Virus record (IMG/VR): IMGVR_UViG_3300013383_000001
Span: 102,365-166,364 of that record
DNA: 64,000 nt
Source of the DNA: a virus
Taxonomy: Duplodnaviria > Caudoviricetes
Direction: 5' to 3' (one strand)
Numbering within the stretch: position 1 is the stretch's first letter; every line of letters begins with the position of its first letter. Of the stretch, positions 61,037 to 64,000 are shown in pieces. The notes under the pieces are model-generated. The model saw only the letters and a list, made by a program, of their open reading frames with translations, was not told the DNA's origin and made no database searches. The position numbers and the translations under genes were made by a program.

Positions 61037-61850
61037 TAGTTCCTAGTATGGATTTCACTCCACACTAGGATGTACAACCTATTCATCACGAACTAGTTGC
61101 TTAGATTCATTATTTTCTAATAAAAATTAGTTCCTAGATGAAGTATTACCTTACATCTAGGATTACTAACCTATCTATCACAGACTAGTTAGTTGTGTAA
61201 TTATAAATATAAATTAAAAATTATTACCTACGGGAATTTTAAATCAATTCTTAATGTAAAACTTATCGACATGAAATTATTTATAGACATCTAGCCTCCC
61301 AATCAGGACTTGAACCTGAAACCTACAGTTTAGAAGACTGTTGCTCTATCCAATTGAGCTATTGGGAGTAATTAAGAGTACTATCTATCACAGACTGTAC
61401 TCTTTAAACATAATCAACCAATTAAAAACCATTCAACAATGAACACACCCTGTGTAACCTACATTAATGAATCCCGCATTTATCACGAAGTCGTTCAATT
61501 ACAACAGGGGTGATTAGTTCCTAGACAGAGTTACCAGCTCTATCTAGGATAATTAAGTTAGTTCATCACGAATTTACTTAACGTTTAATCATTCACCAAT
61601 AATTTCAACACAAACAATGAACTAGTTCCCTGTAACGATATTACTCTTTACAGGGATTGCTCAATACATCTATCACAGACATATTGAGAGGAAACCAATT
61701 TATTAACTAACTACAGCTATCTAGTTCCCGAGAAGAATATTACTTCTAACTCGGGATTACTAATCTATTCATCACGAACTGATTAGACCAAAACAAATTC
61801 ACTCAATGACAAATTAGTTCCCAAGGAGAGTAATTAGCTCTCCAAGGGAT
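61037..61850 (-). ncRNA. Array of six tRNA-minihelix-like hairpins (UCC...GGA-A-CUA), five preceded by a conserved GUGAU-loop hairpin
   Basis: Minihelices at 61040-61070, 61131-61162, 61518-61549, 61626-61656, 61725-61756 and 61818-61849. Stems covary while length (~12 bp) and ends are conserved. Confidence 0.7.
61295..61368 (-). tRNA. tRNA-Arg(UCU), embedded in the array
   Basis: CUCCCAA/UUGGGAG acceptor, ACAGU-CUUCUAA-ACUGU anticodon arm, UCAGG-UUCAAGU-CCUGA T arm. Confidence 0.92.
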
Positions 61851-61866
61851 ATTTATGAACAGAAGA

Positions 61867-62175
61867 TTATTCTACTATATCGATAGGAAAAATGTTCACA
61901 TCAAGGATAGGAGATTTTTTAATTGCATAGATGCAAGTATAATCTCCTTTTTGTTCCATCTCAAGATGATCACCGATGACTGCATACTCATTACGAGCGC
62001 AGTATCTACGAATGTAGTCGATGAGGAAATTAGATTCTACACCAACTTGTTCCATGAATTGATTGAGAACTTTCTCAATCATCCAATCTTGGAGTTGAGG
62101 AATGAGATTTCTTTCGATCTTCAGACATCCTACTCTTCCGATCTCATGTGCTGCGAGTACTTTGAATGTTTTCAT
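61867..62175 (-). CDS. Hypothetical early protein
   Basis: ATGA-overlapped ORF. Confidence 0.6.
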   Translation of the reverse strand: MKTFKVLAAHEIGRVGCLKIERNLIPQLQDWMIEKVLNQFMEQVGVESNFLIDYIRRYCARNEYAVIGDHLEMEQKGDYTCIYAIKKSPILDVNIFPIDIVE

Positions 62176-62486
62176 ATCTCTACCATTTGATTGTTTTCAT
62201 CCACGAGATAGGCATCAACGCCTATTTGATTCTCTACTGTTATAATGATGAGATCATCATCTACATCAACAGAGAGACGATTAGAGATCATTCCACACTC
62301 GTTATTTTTAACGAGGTTGATGAGATCTTCGATGTCAATCCACTCATCTATATTATTTACAGATGCGAAGTGGTTGATGACGAATGTGAGTTGCTTGATA
62401 GACATTGCGTTGAAGTCTTCGAGATCTATTTCGAGAGTAGCAACCGTTTCATATTTCGGTTCTACGTTTACATAGAATTTTTTCAT
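62172..62486 (-). CDS. Acidic hypothetical early protein
   Basis: ORF with A-rich leader. Confidence 0.6.
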   Translation of the reverse strand: MKKFYVNVEPKYETVATLEIDLEDFNAMSIKQLTFVINHFASVNNIDEWIDIEDLINLVKNNECGMISNRLSVDVDDDLIIITVENQIGVDAYLVDENNQMVEI

Positions 62487-62521
62487 TGTTGTTTGAGATT
62501 CTTGAGGTTAATAGAGAAGAA

Positions 62522-62767
62522 TTATTTCCCCTCCATTGTGAATATGATTTTATCTTTTGTACAATATACAAAGATATTATCTGAGATCATACCATCTTCA
62601 CGATTCTTTACTAGATAATCACATTTATCATAGTTAATAGAATCATGAAGATGATTATTCTGCATGAAAGAGTTGAAGAGAAGTTCTTTCTGACTCTTTA
62701 ATAGTGTATCATAATCTCTATAAGTAAATGTGAGAGGATTATAGAGATTATCTATTACCTCCCACAT
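62522..62767 (-). CDS. Hypothetical early protein
   Basis: Operon-packed ORF. Confidence 0.55.
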   Translation of the reverse strand: MWEVIDNLYNPLTFTYRDYDTLLKSQKELLFNSFMQNNHLHDSINYDKCDYLVKNREDGMISDNIFVYCTKDKIIFTMEGK

Positions 62768-62770
62768 TTT

Positions 62771-63136
62771 TTAAAGAGTATATGCTACAGGATCACCATC
62801 GCAATTAATTACGATGCAATTAGGATGAAGAGAGCAGTAGTTCTCTGCTTCTTCGAGGGATTTGAAGAACATCACTGATCCATCATCATTTACTGAATAT
62901 GATGGAGTAGTTGTGTCTTTGAGAGTGTTGATATGATGTCTTCTGAGACGACCAGGAAGAGAGAGGTCATTGACAGTTGTGACGACTGCTTCCTGATTGT
63001 CGAAGAGAGTTACATCATATACTTTGTTGTCATCAATAACTTTGATGCGAGCGATTTCTTGCACTGGTACGAGTGCTACTCCGATACCGTATGTAACGAA
63101 GTATTCTTTTCCTTTATAGGAGATTATATTATTCAT
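62771..63136 (-). CDS. Hypothetical early protein
   Basis: 121-aa ORF. Confidence 0.6.
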   Translation of the reverse strand: MNNIISYKGKEYFVTYGIGVALVPVQEIARIKVIDDNKVYDVTLFDNQEAVVTTVNDLSLPGRLRRHHINTLKDTTTPSYSVNDDGSVMFFKSLEEAENYCSLHPNCIVINCDGDPVAYTL

Positions 63137-63274
63137 CTGTGAATAGTTTGTCTGTGAAGTTGTTCCACCATTCTTCTAGGCGATGGTGTGTAACCTTATT
63201 GATGATGTATATCACCACCATCAGTGACAGGATACCGCCACTAATGATGATGATAAACAGTGAGAAGATCTGAG

Positions 63275-63613
63275 TCATACTTCCTTGAGGACTGTATATC
63301 CGAGAGACTTCAGATACTTGATTGCTTCTTCCTCTTTGGTGAGAGTTGTTGGTCCATCGAGAGCCAGACGATGAAGAGCTTTGAGTTCACCGATGTAGAT
63401 AGGAGTTCTACGGATGAACATATACTCATTGTATCCTCTTCTCACGATGAAATGTTCTGCTTTAAGGAAAGCATTGAACATACTGGAAGGCAGTTTACAA
63501 CCTGTGAAGATTGCGCCTACTTCTACTCTGGTGAGAGGCTGATTGAGAAATTTCACTCTGAACTCGTTGAGCAACTTGATGCTCTCTGTGGGATTGAACT
63601 TGATGTTTGCCAT
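63275..63613 (-). CDS. Hypothetical early protein
   Basis: C-terminal EEEAIKYLKSLGYTVLK motif. Confidence 0.65.
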   Translation of the reverse strand: MANIKFNPTESIKLLNEFRVKFLNQPLTRVEVGAIFTGCKLPSSMFNAFLKAEHFIVRRGYNEYMFIRRTPIYIGELKALHRLALDGPTTLTKEEEAIKYLKSLGYTVLKEV

Positions 63614-63670
63614 TGCTTGCTGATATTGTGAGAGAAGAATGTACGAGACACTCTCCTCTCTGGTGGATGA

Positions 63671-63982
63671 TTATTTGCACAGTTCGATGAGAAGTTTAAA
63701 GAACTTCATAGACACACAGCCAGTGACATTGTCATTGACACGGATTGGTGCATACAGTCCGATTGTGTCTGCGTTGGAGAGGATTGTGTTGATCTGCTCA
63801 GGATACTCCTGATTAGCGAGTTCAATGATTTCCTCTACCTCGTCACAGTGACGCTCACCCATAAACTTCTGAGTGAGTGCTGATGCGATGAGCTTGACGA
63901 GACACTCACCTGCGTTGACGGGACGACTATTGTTGCCCCAAACGATTACTGCTACTTTTTCGATAAATTCTGCTATTGTCAT
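63671..63982 (-). CDS. Hypothetical early protein
   Basis: 103-aa ORF with A-rich leader. Confidence 0.6.
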   Translation of the reverse strand: MTIAEFIEKVAVIVWGNNSRPVNAGECLVKLIASALTQKFMGERHCDEVEEIIELANQEYPEQINTILSNADTIGLYAPIRVNDNVTGCVSMKFFKLLIELCK

Positions 63983-64000
63983 GATGATTGTTTTTTTTTA

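Noticed and set aside
51950-61368. The two tRNAs with loop CUUCUAA as amber suppressors (they contain CUA)
   Set aside because: With 5-bp stems and 7-nt loops, positions 34-36 are UCU (Arg). CUA is off-register.
61037-61850. CRISPR or TIGR-type guide array
   Set aside because: No constant-length identical repeats. The variable parts are self-complementary stems rather than spacers, spacing is irregular, and no cas or Nop-domain gene is in the window.
8485-63631. Plus-strand ORFs within the minus-strand block, and minus-strand ORFs within 1-7933
   Set aside because: Antisense shadows of well-supported genes, with no motifs and atypical composition.

Overview
AT-rich dsDNA phage genome segment. 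Gene content and layout fit a crAss-like (Crassvirales) phage of Bacteroidota, and the combination of PolA, group I introns and amber recoding suggests the zeta-type lineage (inference). Bases 1-7933 (+) are the end of a late/virion block that reads as three long genes only if TAG encodes an amino acid. A paralog alignment within the window indicates Gln (code 15). The last of these genes is a LysM + L,D-transpeptidase + lytic-transglycosylase-like fusion. Bases 8167-64000 (-) form a convergent early/middle block in mostly standard code. It encodes Dam-like MTase, PolA, sigma-70, ATP-dependent ligase, dUTPase, class II RNR split by two group I introns, exonuclease, primase, SSB, helicases, ThyX, RNase H, two ACP-like proteins, two paralogous wHTH Rep-like genes with iteron-like repeats, and a few genes containing one or two in-frame TAGs. 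The 46-62 kb region has tRNA-Arg(UCU) x2, tRNA-Gln(UUG) and a tRNA-Leu(UAA) split by a group I intron carrying an HNH gene. The most unusual feature is a graded series of tRNA mimics: three anticodon-less tRNA-like RNAs and an array of six ~12-bp minihelix-like hairpins ending in A-CUA, five preceded by a conserved leader hairpin that also precedes two real tRNAs. No amber suppressor tRNA was seen. All structures were folded by eye and no database searches were run.
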